Below are positions 41,682 to 54,353 of a stretch of DNA of 64,000 nt, in pieces. The translations under genes and the position numbers were made by a program. Position 1 is the stretch's first letter, and every line of letters starts with the position of its first letter. The stretch is from NCBI GenBank assembly GCA_044892525.1, contig CM097885.1, positions 26,228,001 to 26,292,000 of the forward strand, in the 5' to 3' direction. Below the pieces are notes generated by a model, which was not told the DNA's origin, did not search any database, and saw only the letters and a program-made list of their open reading frames with translations. The DNA comes from Schmidtea polychroa (taxonomy: Eukaryota).

Positions 41682-41877
41682 CGTGAATTATGATTAAAAT
41701 GAAATGGTACAGAGTTTTTATACCTATGACTATTGTTTATCATCCAATCAGATTGCTACATGTCTTTGTTTAAATTGCATGTCATTTGCATGTCATTTGC
41801 ATTAATGCTTTTATTATAAATATTGTTTTTTATTATTATTTCTAATATTACTATTTCTATTATTATTTCTATTTCTA

Positions 41878-42284
41878 TTATTTCGATTTACAAAAACAAA
41901 TCAACATAAAATTTATTTTGATACAATCTGACTCGAGTGATGATTTCTCAGTCTTCACCAAACACCATTCAACATATTGTTGATAACGGAAATTGCAACA
42001 GCTACATCCGAAAATGCAAGGAATCTCTGGTTTCATTTCTTTCATCCCCTTCCTATCTTGATATCCCATAGAAAGGTGTTTATTATATCGAATATCCAGA
42101 TTCGAGTTTGGTTGTATACCAAATCCGGAATGATAGCTAGATCTCTATCTTGTAGAATTTCATATAATTCTGGATAATAGAAACATAATCTTTGCAGGAT
42201 AATTGATTGATATTCATCTGTAAAAAATATATATTAATGTAATAATAAAAATTTGAAATTACCATAATTTGCATGCTCTTTCAT
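41878..42284 (-). pseudogene. Spliced CxFxCxCC protein (homologue of 62453-62800)
   Basis: MKEHANY|DEYQSIILQ...then frameshift...CIFGCSCCN; directly downstream of the TBP-like gene. Confidence 0.55.
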
Positions 42285-42438
42285 TGAGGTGATTGCGGAA
42301 CTTTGTATGTTTTACATTTTTGTTGAATAAATGACAACTAAACCGAAAACATCTTTTTATAAATAATCATCAGCCAATTAGATTTCGACCAATCAGAATC
42401 ATGCATTTCAATTGCATTGAATTTGCAATGATAAATAA

Positions 42439-42903
42439 TTAATTAAGTGATAATAAAAAATCTAAAAATTCATTTCCTTCAATTATTGATTTAATTTCAG
42501 ATATGATATTATCAACTATACATTTGTAATCAATATTTTTTATTCCAAGAATTACTATCTTACCGCTAGCGAATATATTTACACACATAGGGTTATATTT
42601 TATATATCTCAAAGCTGGAAATAATTCTGGTTCATAAAAGCATGGTATTAATTTAGCCAATTCATTTAAATTACAAGAAAAACCTATATCAGAAGTTACG
42701 GTTATCGATTGTATTTCTAAATCATAAACATTATATTCACTAGCTTTGATTATTTCCTTACACCCCATAACTCTACATTTACCAGTTTTGAAATATATTA
42801 TTGGATATTTTTTACTTCTATTGATGAGTTGTTGTGGTTTCCCCATTGGAAATACCATTTTTGATACATCAGCTTTTGCCCTGTAATTTATATTTGAAAG
42901 CAT
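42439..42903 (-). CDS. TATA-binding protein (TBP)-like protein, copy 1
   Basis: SNIN, YFKTGKCRVMGCK, EIQSITVTSD, YEPELFPAL and IFASGKIVILGIK match TBP core repeats; intact and intronless. Confidence 0.88.
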   Translation of the reverse strand: MLSNINYRAKADVSKMVFPMGKPQQLINRSKKYPIIYFKTGKCRVMGCKEIIKASEYNVYDLEIQSITVTSDIGFSCNLNELAKLIPCFYEPELFPALRYIKYNPMCVNIFASGKIVILGIKNIDYKCIVDNIISEIKSIIEGNEFLDFLLSLN

Positions 42904-42960
42904 TTTAATGAAATAATTATAAAAACTCTGCTATATATATATATCCTTTTTAAAATAACT

Positions 42961-43014
<54 letters not shown>

Positions 43015-43017
<3 letters not shown>

Positions 43018-46000
43018 GGTGGGTCGAATGTTAATAAATTTTGAGTTCAAGAAAGGAAACATGGTTAAAAAGTTGTATTTTGGTATAGAAAAATCGAATC
43101 AAACCATTTTACTTAGATTTATAGACATTTACTGCTCCCAACTTTTCTCCGAAAATGCAGTTCAACATAAGTGTGAAAACAATGTAATTTGGCTAGTGTC
43201 GGAATGTGTTTTGCGCCTTTGTTCATATTTAGATGTAGCTTTCTTAAGAGCTTATAAGTATATTATTTACTCTCTTGGGCTGAGATAGTATATTCTGTGT
43301 CCTCATCCCACATTGAAATATATCCTGACAACGTCAGTGATTAGGAAGGGCCAAATTTGAATTATCCTTTTCAAAGACAAAAATCAACTTTCGAAATTAT
43401 TTTTTATTAAAAACATCCAGCCAAAAGTTTAGAAATGTATTAGCGAGGGCATAAAAAGAAGTCACATGAAATCAGCTTTGCTTTGCACCTTGGGCAATTC
43501 CTTCCTTGATTTTTTACACAGTAGTACCATACCATGTCTGGACTTGTGACCAAACACTTTGCAACTGGCAGAAGAAACATCTTTGATGGCTCTTTCAACG
43601 GCTTGAGAATGACAGGGAAATTGTTCTAATGTAATTTTCTTATTCATCTTCAATTCATGATCCAATATATGAGATAAAAGAGGGGGAGGCGTCAAATTAC
43701 ATTTTGTCCAGTCAATCATGTCAACATATGATGTAGCAGACGACTGAAGAAAGACAGTATTCTTGTCCATAGTGCGAATCACTTCGGAAGGGAGAAAATT
43801 TTGTCTTGCAGTTATGATTTTTTCTGTTGTAAGCTTTCTGATTTCTTCATCATCATCACCAACAGCAGCTAGGAGTATATTTTCTGGATGTGAGAAGTAA
43901 TTGTTGTTCTGAATGACAGGAAAGATGATTTCTTGGTCTGATGGATCCAAATCCTGCAGAAGTTGGAGCATATAAAAAATATTTCTTGCACCATCTTGGC
44001 ATGACGAGTGAGTCTTTATATAAAACCATGACGGTCCATAGAAATTGACAATAAATTTCACTATTCGCATGAGAGGTTCAGATGGAGCAGTTTCGGACAT
44101 ATATAGTCGCAGAATTCTATTAGCTTTCGTTAGCCAGCGACTGTGATTCAAATTTCCTGGTTGTGCCATTTGTAGAAAAGGGACATCCTTGTTGTTGTGG
44201 TACCCTTTCTGGACTGCCAAGCATACTCTGAGGAAATACAATTGATCAGTGTTCAATTCTTTCTTGACATTTTCACTAATATCTACGACCTTTCCAGGAA
44301 GGGACATAAAGGCTACTACGGGCTTGTCTTTTGGATCAAAATCAAGAACGCTTCCTATTTCACCACATGACGTTTTTGGACCTTTTGTTTCTCCACCATC
44401 GACGACTGAAAAATACTTCCTGAATGGCAATTCATTTGCATGCAACAAGCATATCAGCCATTTTAGAGGTCGCCCTAGGCTTTTTTCGAGTCTTCTGATT
44501 ATTCCATTATTTTTTCCGGTGTTTGTATTGGTTCCATCGCACACAATTGCTTGAAGGGTCAGTGAGGACTGCGTGCTAACGATGATTGACATGATTTCTT
44601 TGCCAATATCCACAGCTTTACTACTTTGAGGTACAACATGATCGATATATGTATCCCCTGGAAAGGCGACAATCACATAATGCTCCTCTTTTAGGATCCT
44701 TCTATGAAGTAAGGTGGAATCTTGTTTCCCGTCGAAACCGAGGCAAATCAAGTTTTTCGCTTCTGCTGAATGCTGTTCAATTTCTCTCTCCCTCCAGTAC
44801 TTTCTCTGACGCCGTAATTTTGCGGGATCGATGATTGTTTGAGAGGATAACAGTTCCATATCTTTCAGAAAAGCGTTTACTAGCAAACACGTGTCTCTGT
44901 TGCTCACACCACATCTGTCAACAGCTTTACTTAATTCAGGATAATGTCTTCTATTTTGAAATTCATCACATTCTTCTACGCTTGACTCTGAGCTTTCTGT
45001 TGAATTGTCTAACTTATCTTTACTTTCATCACTAGCGGCTTCACTCTCCGTGTCACTTCTTGAGGTCGGATGTGTTCATTATTTCATTTTTCATTTGTTT
45101 TCCTTTTCCAGTAGGGCTGCTTTTCGTTTGATTTCTCTTCAATTTTGAGGTTTCCTGTCTGTCCGTATTTCCGATTTTCATGTTTCTGGTAGTTTGTTGG
45201 TCAATCCAGAACTCCCACTCTAAGGTAGGAATTTTCAAGGCCAATCGGCATGTACACTGACTTCTTCCACGAGCACCATCATTAAAATATTTGCAGCAAC
45301 ATATGTCAAACAATTTGGAAAACGAGCTTAACTTATCTTGAAATTTGGCAGATGACCTCTTGCATTCTGGATACTTCTCTAATTCACGCACTTTTGATAT
45401 TAGTCGCTTGACACGAACCACAATACTACTGAACTCAACAGTTGGGATACTTGCCTTCATATAAATTTCCTTCACCTTATTTGCGAGAAGAGTTGCTTGT
45501 TCGTTAAAGCCAGTATGAAATTGCGTACATTTCTCATTGTAACAGTAATCACGAAACACATCTTCACAAGTAGGTAATTGGTTTCTGGGTAGTTCACAAG
45601 TTTGACCAAACAGACAATGACGTGATTTACTTCTTGTTTTGCGAAATTGCTTATTTCTCTGTCCCTTCATAACTGCTCTTCTGTACTCAGCTCTGGCAAA
45701 ATAAAAGTGAATCATCAAGTTAACTTTTTTAATTAGGTCCAGCAAACACTTGACATCCAATCGAAACAAATTAAATTATCTGAGTTTAGACTGACTAGTT
45801 GTATCCATGTGGATTATGTGTTGACTTTAGTGTGTGTGTTAGTATTGTTCAGAAGAAATTGTCTTTGTGAGTGCTTGTGTGAAGGTGCTTCCGTGAATTA
45901 ACCTCTCTATACATGCACGAGTTAGCTCGGACTTGTGAATAGAGCATGTCAAAAATGGTCTTTCTGCAAGCGTGTGACTGCTTGCAGGATGAATTTACAA

Positions 46001-46169
46001 TGGCACGTGTGCGAGCATTTTTACTGGGATAGTACTAATACATACAAACAAAAGTTGGGACCTGTAGACCCTTTTAAACAGCAGTCTTTTGCAGGGATAT
46101 TTCATTTTCTAGCATAAGCACAACTTTTTAGGCATGTTTGGAGAAAAAAAAAATTTTCAACCCACCCTA
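43015..46169 (-). mobile_element. hATm-type DNA transposon, near full length
   Basis: TIR TAGGGTGGGTCGAA / TTCAACCCACCCTA (1 mismatch); inserted in a (TA)n tract giving an ATATATAT flank on both sides. Confidence 0.9.
43462..45769 (-). pseudogene. hATm transposase (apparently one frameshift near 45060-45110)
   Basis: LFDICCCK, DRCGVSNR, GFDGKQD, CDGTNTNTG, CLLHANELPFR, HSRWLT, HPEN, PCHSQAVER. Confidence 0.88.
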
Positions 46170-46250
46170 ATATATATATATAGTTATTTTAAAAAGGAGT
46201 TCATTTAAATTATCAATATAAACAATAATTATATAGTTTAAATTTAAAAA

Positions 46251-46560
46251 ATGGAATTACGAAATGATGCAGTATACCAAATCGTTGGTCCGAGTGGTAG
46301 CGGGAAAACATTATTTGTTTGTAAATTACTAAAATCTAATTTGTTCAAAACAAAATTCAACAATATTTATTGACATAGAGGCGCCGATGAAGAACATGGA
46401 TTGACGCAATCAAGTTTCTGTCAGTTGAAAAACATGAAAATAGTAAAGGGTTTTGATAAAAACCGGTCAAGTCGTTTGAAGAGAGATGATGTCATCATTA
46501 TCGATGATTTGTATCAAGAAGCCAATAAAGAAAAGGATTTTAATAATTTATTCACAAAAA
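46251..46560 (+). pseudogene. Maverick packaging ATPase (A32/FtsK-like), truncated, copy 1
   Basis: MELRNDAVYQIVGPSGSGKT (Walker A), IIIDD (Walker B), NLFTK; TGA at 46371. Confidence 0.88.
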
Positions 46561-47192
46561 TTTTACTGAATGATACCTTAAATGATTTTAATATACCTAT
46601 TTCTAAAGTAAATCGACAGCTCAGACCAACAACATGTATGGATGACCACAAATTGTTAATTTATTTCCAGTGTCACGTCTCTCAAAAATACCGTGAGTGT
46701 TTTAACAAAACAGAGCTCAAAGAAACTTTCCAGATAACAACTCCCCTGAATGTTTTGAACAAAAATGATTGAAATTGAGAAAAAATGATTAGATGGCGAT
46801 TAACTTCTGGCCACAACCCTAAATATATAACATGAAAATTAAGATTTTAAATATTGAATTCGTTGTTTTCAGCCTGGAAATATTAACAGAATATTTTTTA
46901 ATTCAAAGAATCTTCATTATAAATTTTTAAATTAAATGAAGGATATATTAAATTTACAATATTATATAAATTATACTATATTTATTAATAAATTTAGAAT
47001 ACATAAATTATAATATTATATAATATTATATAAAATTATACTATATTTTATTGTTTAAATAACTAAATTGTTTAAATATTTTTAAATAACTTTTCTTTCG
47101 TTTTAGTATCCATAAAGTAAGTAAATAAAGAAATTACTAAAATATTTTAATTGTTTTCCTTATTAATGAAGAAAATACAACAACAATCCAAA

Positions 47193-47736
47193 ATGTCAAG
47201 CAACAATATTTTACGAGGTCTTTTGACAACTGGTAAATTATTATTTTTATTATTCTATTTAATTATTTTTATTTAGATTCTTTTGACTGGTTCGAAGTAA
47301 CCGAGGATGAGACGATATTGTATGTGGATCGAATTTTTGGTAAATTTATTATTTTAATTTTTATGAAATTAATTTTGTTTTTAGAACCGATTACAATTAG
47401 TGACGATGATGATGTCGTGTTTATTGGGCAAACTGATGCCCCTAATGTAAGAGAAAATGATGCTGAAAGTAAATTTATTTTATTTTTGTATATTATTTTT
47501 AAAAAAAAATCATTTAGAGTTTAATGTGGACTTGGATAATGAATTATTTAATGGTGGAAATGCCATCAGTTCTAATGAGGAGGTAGCAGAAAATGTCATC
47601 AATTCTAATGAGGAGATAGCAGAAAATGCCCTCAGTTCTAATGAGGAGGTAGCAGAAAATGTCATCAGTTCTAATGAGGAGATAGCAGAAAATGAAAATG
47701 GCCTCTCTGAGAATGATTCCGACGAGGAATCACAAT
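47193..47736 (+). CDS. Multi-exon acidic poly-SIM-like gene, copy C (inside the Maverick)
   Basis: MSSNNILRGLLTT|DSFDWFEVTE...|EPITISDDDDVVFIG...|FNVDLD...(SNEE.AEN)x4...DSDEESQ| with phase-1 GT-AG introns. Confidence 0.7.
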
Positions 47737-47768
47737 GTAAGCCTTTATTTATTTTTATATTTCTTAAA

Positions 47769-47801
<33 letters not shown>

Positions 47802-47932
47802 TATAATAATAATAATAATATTAATAATAATAATAATAATACTATATCTTGTAGTCTGCAGTCAGCATGCAGCTACATATCTCTTTTATTATGATTTCCC
47901 CAATAAAGCTACATGACAATAATAATAATAAT

Positions 47933-47978
<46 letters not shown>

Positions 47979-47989
47979 TTAATAATAAT

Positions 47990-48719
47990 GATATATGTCT
48001 CATTCGAAAGGTCTTGGATTGGGCTTCAAATTAAGATATCGATGAATAATTGTCGTTGACGGGAACTCTATAAATTTAAATTTTTAAATATGACCTTGAA
48101 AAAATAAATGACCTTGAAAAAATAAATGACCTTGGAAAAATAAATGACCTTGAAAAAATAAATGACCTTGAAAAAATAAATGACCTTGAAAAAATAAATG
48201 ACCTTGAAAAAATAAATGACCTTGAAAAATAATATTTTGAAAAAATAAATGACCTTGAAAATGGTCTCGGGAAAACGTTAATAACTTTGCCAATGATAAT
48301 GATGATGATACCTTCAATAGCTCATTTGAAAGGTCTTGCACTAAGCTTTAAAAAAAGCTATCGATATTTGGTAAAATGTTAATAACTTTGTCAATATTAA
48401 TGATGATTATACTTTCAATAGCTCATTCGAAAGGTCTTGGATTGGGCTTCAAATTAAAATAAATTCGGATAATGGGAACGCTAACTTTTGGGCAAACGAA
48501 AACCAGGAGCCCGCTAGAACACTTAATAATATTTTTGAAAATAATAATAATATTTTAAAAAATAATAATATGACCTTGATGAGTCATATGTCTTTGTTTA
48601 AAATTTGACATTGAAAAAAAAAGACCTTGACCTTTTATTTAAAAAAAAATTTTTTTCCCGGGGGGGGGGTATATGTGTTCCAGCGGGCTCCTGTTCTAGC
48701 GGGCTCCCTTCCATCTACT
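47990..48719 (-). repeat. Right TIR of the Maverick, including an 18-bp tandem repeat (48090-48260)
   Basis: Inverted match to 38292-38690; about 9 copies of aaaaaataaatgaccttg. Confidence 0.85.
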
Positions 48720-49746
48720 TCAGCCAGTAAATTAATACGATGGTCGATTGCCCTCCAAGAATACGACTTTGAGATTAAATATCGGACAGGTAAAGCTAAC
48801 GCGAATGCAGATGCAATGTCAAGAATCTCAGAAAATAATAGTGAAGGGACACCTGAAAAATTGGAAGGCACTATATTCGCTGCAATCAAAGCTGTTAATG
48901 ATATGTCGGAACTTCAAAATGATCAGGAAAACGATAGTGAATTAAAACAATTTATGGAACAAGCGGTCAAAATAAGAAAAGAACAAGACTGGAAACGACT
49001 TACAGATGTAAACAGCAAATATGTAATTCATAATTGAATACTTAAATGTTGGAAAAATGGGGAAGCATTAATTATTATAGCAGCCAAGCACAGAGATGTA
49101 TTACTGATGCAGTATCATGATGGAGCGTTGGGAGGTCATTTGTCAACGCGCGAGACGCTATCAAGATTAAAATTGAAATACTTTTGGCCAACAATGGAAC
49201 AAGACGTGAAAAATTGGTGTAACAGTTGCAGTAAATCAAAGTACAGAAGAGACCCCTTTTTATTTGATGTATTTAAGGAAAAATAATATGCCGATTGATC
49301 TCAAATTCCAACCACCAATTTCACAATATATGGAGATACCCGATTATAAAGCATTGATGCAAGAAAGAATGCAGTCAGTATGGACTAAAGCCGGTTTGAC
49401 AATAAAGCACAACCAAGAGAAATATAAAGAAACATACGATAAAAAAACACATGCGCATGGCATAAAGATTGGAGATCTAGTATATCTGAACAGACCGGAA
49501 CCTCTCAAAGGTTTATCGCCTAAATTGCAAAGACCATTTAAAGGACCCTACAAAGTGTGCGACACCACCGAAACCAATTTGAAGTTATTACCATTCAGGA
49601 GTAAAAAGGCTAACCCGATGATTGTGCATGCAAATCGATGTAAACTAGTGCCAGAGGAAGATGAATCTAGATACCCCTTAAGATCCAAGCAGAATAAAGT
49701 AACGGGTCAACACCAGTCAGCTACATCAATAAGATATTATATGTAG
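48720..49746 (+). pseudogene. Ty3/Gypsy pol 3' fragment (RNase H end, integrase HHCC, GPY/F; integrase core deleted)
   Basis: RWSIALQEYDFEIKYRTGKANANADAMSR; YHD...GGH...YFWP...CNSC; TPFYL; KLQRPFKGPYKV. Confidence 0.93.
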
Positions 49747-49751
49747 CAATA

Positions 49752-50855
49752 ATGCTGATGTTAGTAACAGTCGCGAACGGCAAAAAGATTGACTTACCAT
49801 ATGCGGTAAGCGAAATCCGAGGAATGGAGAAAATACATATATATTCCAATCTAACAAATATAGTATGGAGCTGTAAATGCGAGATCGCAGACCAAATAGA
49901 AATTATTAATTTACTAGACAATACGGCACCAGTGGTAGAACTGAATTATGATAAAGATATATTTGCGGTACGAAACTTAAAGCCAAATTTCAAATACCAA
50001 TGGCTGTTGAGACAGAACATGTCAAAGTGGTACACGCAAATTCCGATAGAAGTGCACACAAAAGAGATGCGAAACTTGATCGAAATAGAACCAGAGATAA
50101 ATGGAATCAATATATATTGGAAGCCGGTGGACTTGGTGAAAGTGCGAATCACATTTCAAGGGTTAAATGTCGACACCCTTAACTCGTGAAAATCATTTAT
50201 CCGCTACGAGAAATTGAAAATGAATCAAAATTATTCAGTTAATGCAAACTACTACGAGAACATATGCCTCGAAAATGGAACGGTAGTGAGAAACCAATGG
50301 TCACGATTTAAGAGTGAGACCCAGTCTATCTATCTCAGAGACGAGTCAAATCGTATAACCCTGAGTGTTGGAAATGGACCGGTAACGATATATAGAAAAT
50401 CAGGAAATGATGAAAGAGTTGTTATTATCTACAAACAGAAAACCTTGACTATATTAGATGCCGGTAATCATTTTTTTACACTTTACACTTCTGATTTAGA
50501 GACGGCATGGGAATTAACAGTTAAATACCAGCGATGGATAACTGATCCAGGCAGATGGCAAACAGTTTTCGTGGAAGTCAAGACAATCAATGAATCGAAA
50601 CGAAAATCAGATACAACCACATCACCTTTCCAATTACCGACCCAAGAGACGACAAAACCTAACTCAAATAAACTAATGATGATAAATTCGGATTTGACAG
50701 TCAACTATTGTGAATATCTCATTTACATTTTAATAACAGGTTTTCTCATCTTATCAATAACATTCATAATCATCACCATCTTGATATGTGTAAAAGAGAG
50801 ACAACTAACTATCCTTCAACCACCATCATATTCATATTATGAGACAAGACTATAA
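49752..50855 (+). pseudogene. env-position type I membrane protein with FN3-like motifs (one in-frame TGA at 50187)
   Basis: The two ORFs share a reading frame; hydrophobic N-terminus; VRNLKPNFKY, INIYWKP, LKMNQNYSV; TM segment YLIYILITGFLILSITFIIITILICV. Confidence 0.7.
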
Positions 50856-51029
50856 ATTGTGATCTGCATGAATAGTGTATAAAAATATATTACATTTATA
50901 TTAACAATGTGCATGTTTTATAAGTACCATAGGATGAACTGTGTAATTTGTTTGAGATTCGAAGCGAGGTGTTGATGCTTTGCGAATAAAGAGTGATACA
51001 AAAAAATGACTATCATTTAATTTCAGAGA

Positions 51030-51275
51030 ATGCAAGAAGCCTCGGAGATGTCATGCAAAGAGTGTAAAACAAGTACGCAAGAACTAAAGCAAAGGTTTCG
51101 TAGCATGCAGGGCAGAATAACAGATTTGGAGGTAGAAAACTTCCGTCTGAAAAGGCGGTTGGACCGGATGGAAATCTTATTGTTTCAACACGAAGCCGAT
51201 TTCGCGATGTTTCGAATGAGAGTAGAAGAAATAGAGGAATCAGAAGATGATGGTGAAATAAATCAATTAGACTAA
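51030..51275 (+). CDS. Short coiled-coil ORF in the LTR element 3' region
   Basis: CKEC followed by heptads ITDLEVENFRLKRRLDRME. Confidence 0.45.
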   Translation: MQEASEMSCKECKTSTQELKQRFRSMQGRITDLEVENFRLKRRLDRMEILLFQHEADFAMFRMRVEEIEESEDDGEINQLD

Positions 51276-52659
51276 AAAAATAAATTATTTAAACGGACCC
51301 TGTTGGTGTTTTTTCGTCCTCGAGAAAAAAAAATATAATAGTTTAAAAAATAATAGTTTAAATAAATATAAGTAAATTAACAAATAATCAAATGAATAAA
51401 CAAATTGATATAAAGAAATAATTGGCAGTGATAAATAATAGTTTAAATAAAAAAATAAGTAAAGTAAATTACCAAGTAATTAATCAAATGAATAAACAAA
51501 TTGATATAAATGAACAAAGTTAAACGAGCAAATAGAATAACTCAAATAAATGTTGCAAATAATGAAATGACTACCTTAAATGAACATTAGAAATAAATAA
51601 CATTAAATGGCTGATTAGTAATTAATGAATTAGCATAACTATATAGCAATGGGTAACCCACTGGGGCGAGAGAACAAAATTATAAATAAGTAAGGAATAA
51701 TTTCACATTAGTAGTAACAAAGACTAATCACGAAGAGGGACACAATTACCCCACCCTTTCTAGCATAAATTAAAAACAAAGGTATGCTGAACATTTATTC
51801 AAAGTTTTATTCGTCATCAAAGTCCAACAGAACGGGACTTTGGATGCCACAGTCCCATTCCCTGCGTACATTGCAAGGCGGGCGTCTTTCAAACCTGCCT
51901 GTATCCACACAGGCAAAGGTACGTTTCAATCCCTTTCGACGCGGTGGCAAAGGGACCCTGAAAAAGAAATTAAAAAAACCTGTTAGTATGGCAGTCAAAT
52001 AACCATTGCATAACATCGAGATGCTCAAACTTAGGTTCTGGGACAGCCTAAAATAGTAAGGGTTGAAAAGAAAAATGAAATAAATACTATGTAAAACTCC
52101 GTACCATGGCGCCCTCGACAAATAATTAGTGCAGGGAAGTAATTGATTTTAAGAATTACGTAATAAATTAATAAGTATAAATACGGCTAAAATTGTCAGA
52201 AAAATACGAGTAGCTGTAATTAGAGGTTTGCTTTTAGTATAAATACAAAATCAAAAATCAAAAAAATATATGACCCAAAACATGAGTGTGGTATAGGTAG
52301 TTGCATAAACAAATTAATGAACAAAAATTAAAAAGTAAATAAGTTAATTTAATAAGCATAAATAAATTTAATAAGCAACACGAACACTTGCAATCACCGG
52401 GGTTTGGCTACCCTGGACAGCGATTGCAAATGTTCGGTTGCTATGAGGGAACGCATTACTAATAGTTGAGGACAGCATGGTAAAAAGAATCACAAAAAAA
52501 AATAAAAGACAAGTAATCACTTACGTCCATATTAATTGAGGGATGTCGTTACTAAAATTCAAAAAAATATGAAAAAGAAAAATAAAATATAAAATGCTTA
52601 CTTAAAAGATTGGCAAGACAAAACTAACGAAAAGTGGTAGAGCAGACACTTATATAGAA

Positions 52660-52800
52660 CGCTTATCAGTACAGGCTACGTTAACAAACCACAGGGTAAT
52701 TAATTAGAAAGCTTATCAGCACGGGCTACGTTAAGAAACCACAGGGTAATTAATTATAGAGCCTATCAGTATGGGCTACGTCAAAAACCGCAGGATAAGT
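52660..52800. repeat. Three tandem copies of a unit of about 50 bp
   Basis: gcttatcag...ggctacgtta...aaaccacagggtaattaatta. Confidence 0.8.
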
Positions 52801-53888
52801 AAATATTCATGTTCATCGCAGATACTTTATCAGGCGGAAGATAAAAGTGAGTAAACAAAGTGATATCATGAGTCGGTCGGTGCGGTGGGAGATTTTAACT
52901 TTTTACCATGCTGTGAGCGAAATAAACCAATAAGTTATTAATAACAAAAATTATTTTTAAATCATAATATTAATAATAATGGTAATAATGATGAAAGAAA
53001 AAATATAAATAAAAATAAATAAATTACCTTGCGACTGGGAATAAATTAGACAAATATTTTGCACATAAAAATCGATCAATAAAATAAAAATTTTTCAGTG
53101 GTGTATCAAAATAAAAGCCCCAGAAAATTCGAGTCACAATTGCTTCCAAAATTCAATATGCGCTCCCTAGAAATATTTAAAACCAACCAATTCTGTTATT
53201 GTGTTGAGCTAATTTTGTTCCCGGATCGATAATAAAAGTTGCGGTTGTGTCTGACAAGTAGAATGACTGACCAATCAGATTGAAATACATTCACCATTGG
53301 GATGAATTTTGAAGAAAATTGACACACACATACACGCAAGTGCACTCAATTATAGATACACACAAAGAACCCCGATTAATGTACAAATACCGTGAACTAC
53401 TTAACCGTAAAGACACACACACAGACAGACACACAAGCATATCCCATCAACTGCTCAACTCTGTTATTAACCACAATTTTATCCATATTCTTGGTAAACC
53501 GTATTCATCTTGAACAATAACAACAACCACAGCTAATATCATCACGCTACAAACAATGTAGTATAAAAAACTTTCAATAAATTTTACTGTTGATTTCCAC
53601 CAAAGTCCCCAGTCTAATCAATTAATGAATTCATAAACTCGCACACAAAAATTGTAAAAATGCAAATTGTAACAAAATATAATTTAATCAGATATTATTT
53701 AAAAATTTTTTTATTCTCACCACATAACCAAAATAGGAGCAATATACACTTTCAAAATGTAGGAATATCTTTTTAATATCCTGAAATAATAAACTAAATG
53801 TAGGAATATCTCTTTAATATCCTAAAATAATTAATTTCAATACTCAGAGAAAGGTTTAACTACAATGACCTTACCAAACTGTCGTTAG

Positions 53889-54070
53889 TCTACTTGATTT
53901 ATTAATTTTTAATAGACGTCCTGATAATTGTTCCCTACTTGATTTATTAATTTTTAATAGACGTCCCGATAATTGTTCCCTACTTGATTTATTAATTTTT
54001 AATAGACGTCCCGATAATTGGAATAGAGATAAAATTATTTCCCTCAATTAATAGACGTCCCGATAATTGG
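53889..54070. repeat. Tandem repeat with a unit of about 45 bp
   Basis: ctacttgatttattaatttttaatagacgtcccgataattg three times plus a partial copy. Confidence 0.85.
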
Positions 54071-54154
54071 AGTAGGATTGGGAATAATAACAATAAATAA
54101 TAATAACAACAATAATAATAATAATAATATTGATAATAATAATAATAATAATAA

Positions 54155-54197
<43 letters not shown>

Positions 54198-54200
54198 TTG

Positions 54201-54255
<55 letters not shown>

Positions 54256-54353
54256 TAAAATTTGATTTAAATACATCAAATGGCATAAATGACGATTGTA
54301 CAAATTATTTTTTAAACGGTATTAAATTAAATTTTTGCTAAAAAACATAATAC

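Noticed and set aside
48084..48341. (FQGHLF)n repeat protein
   Set aside because: Translation of the 18-bp TIR tandem repeat.
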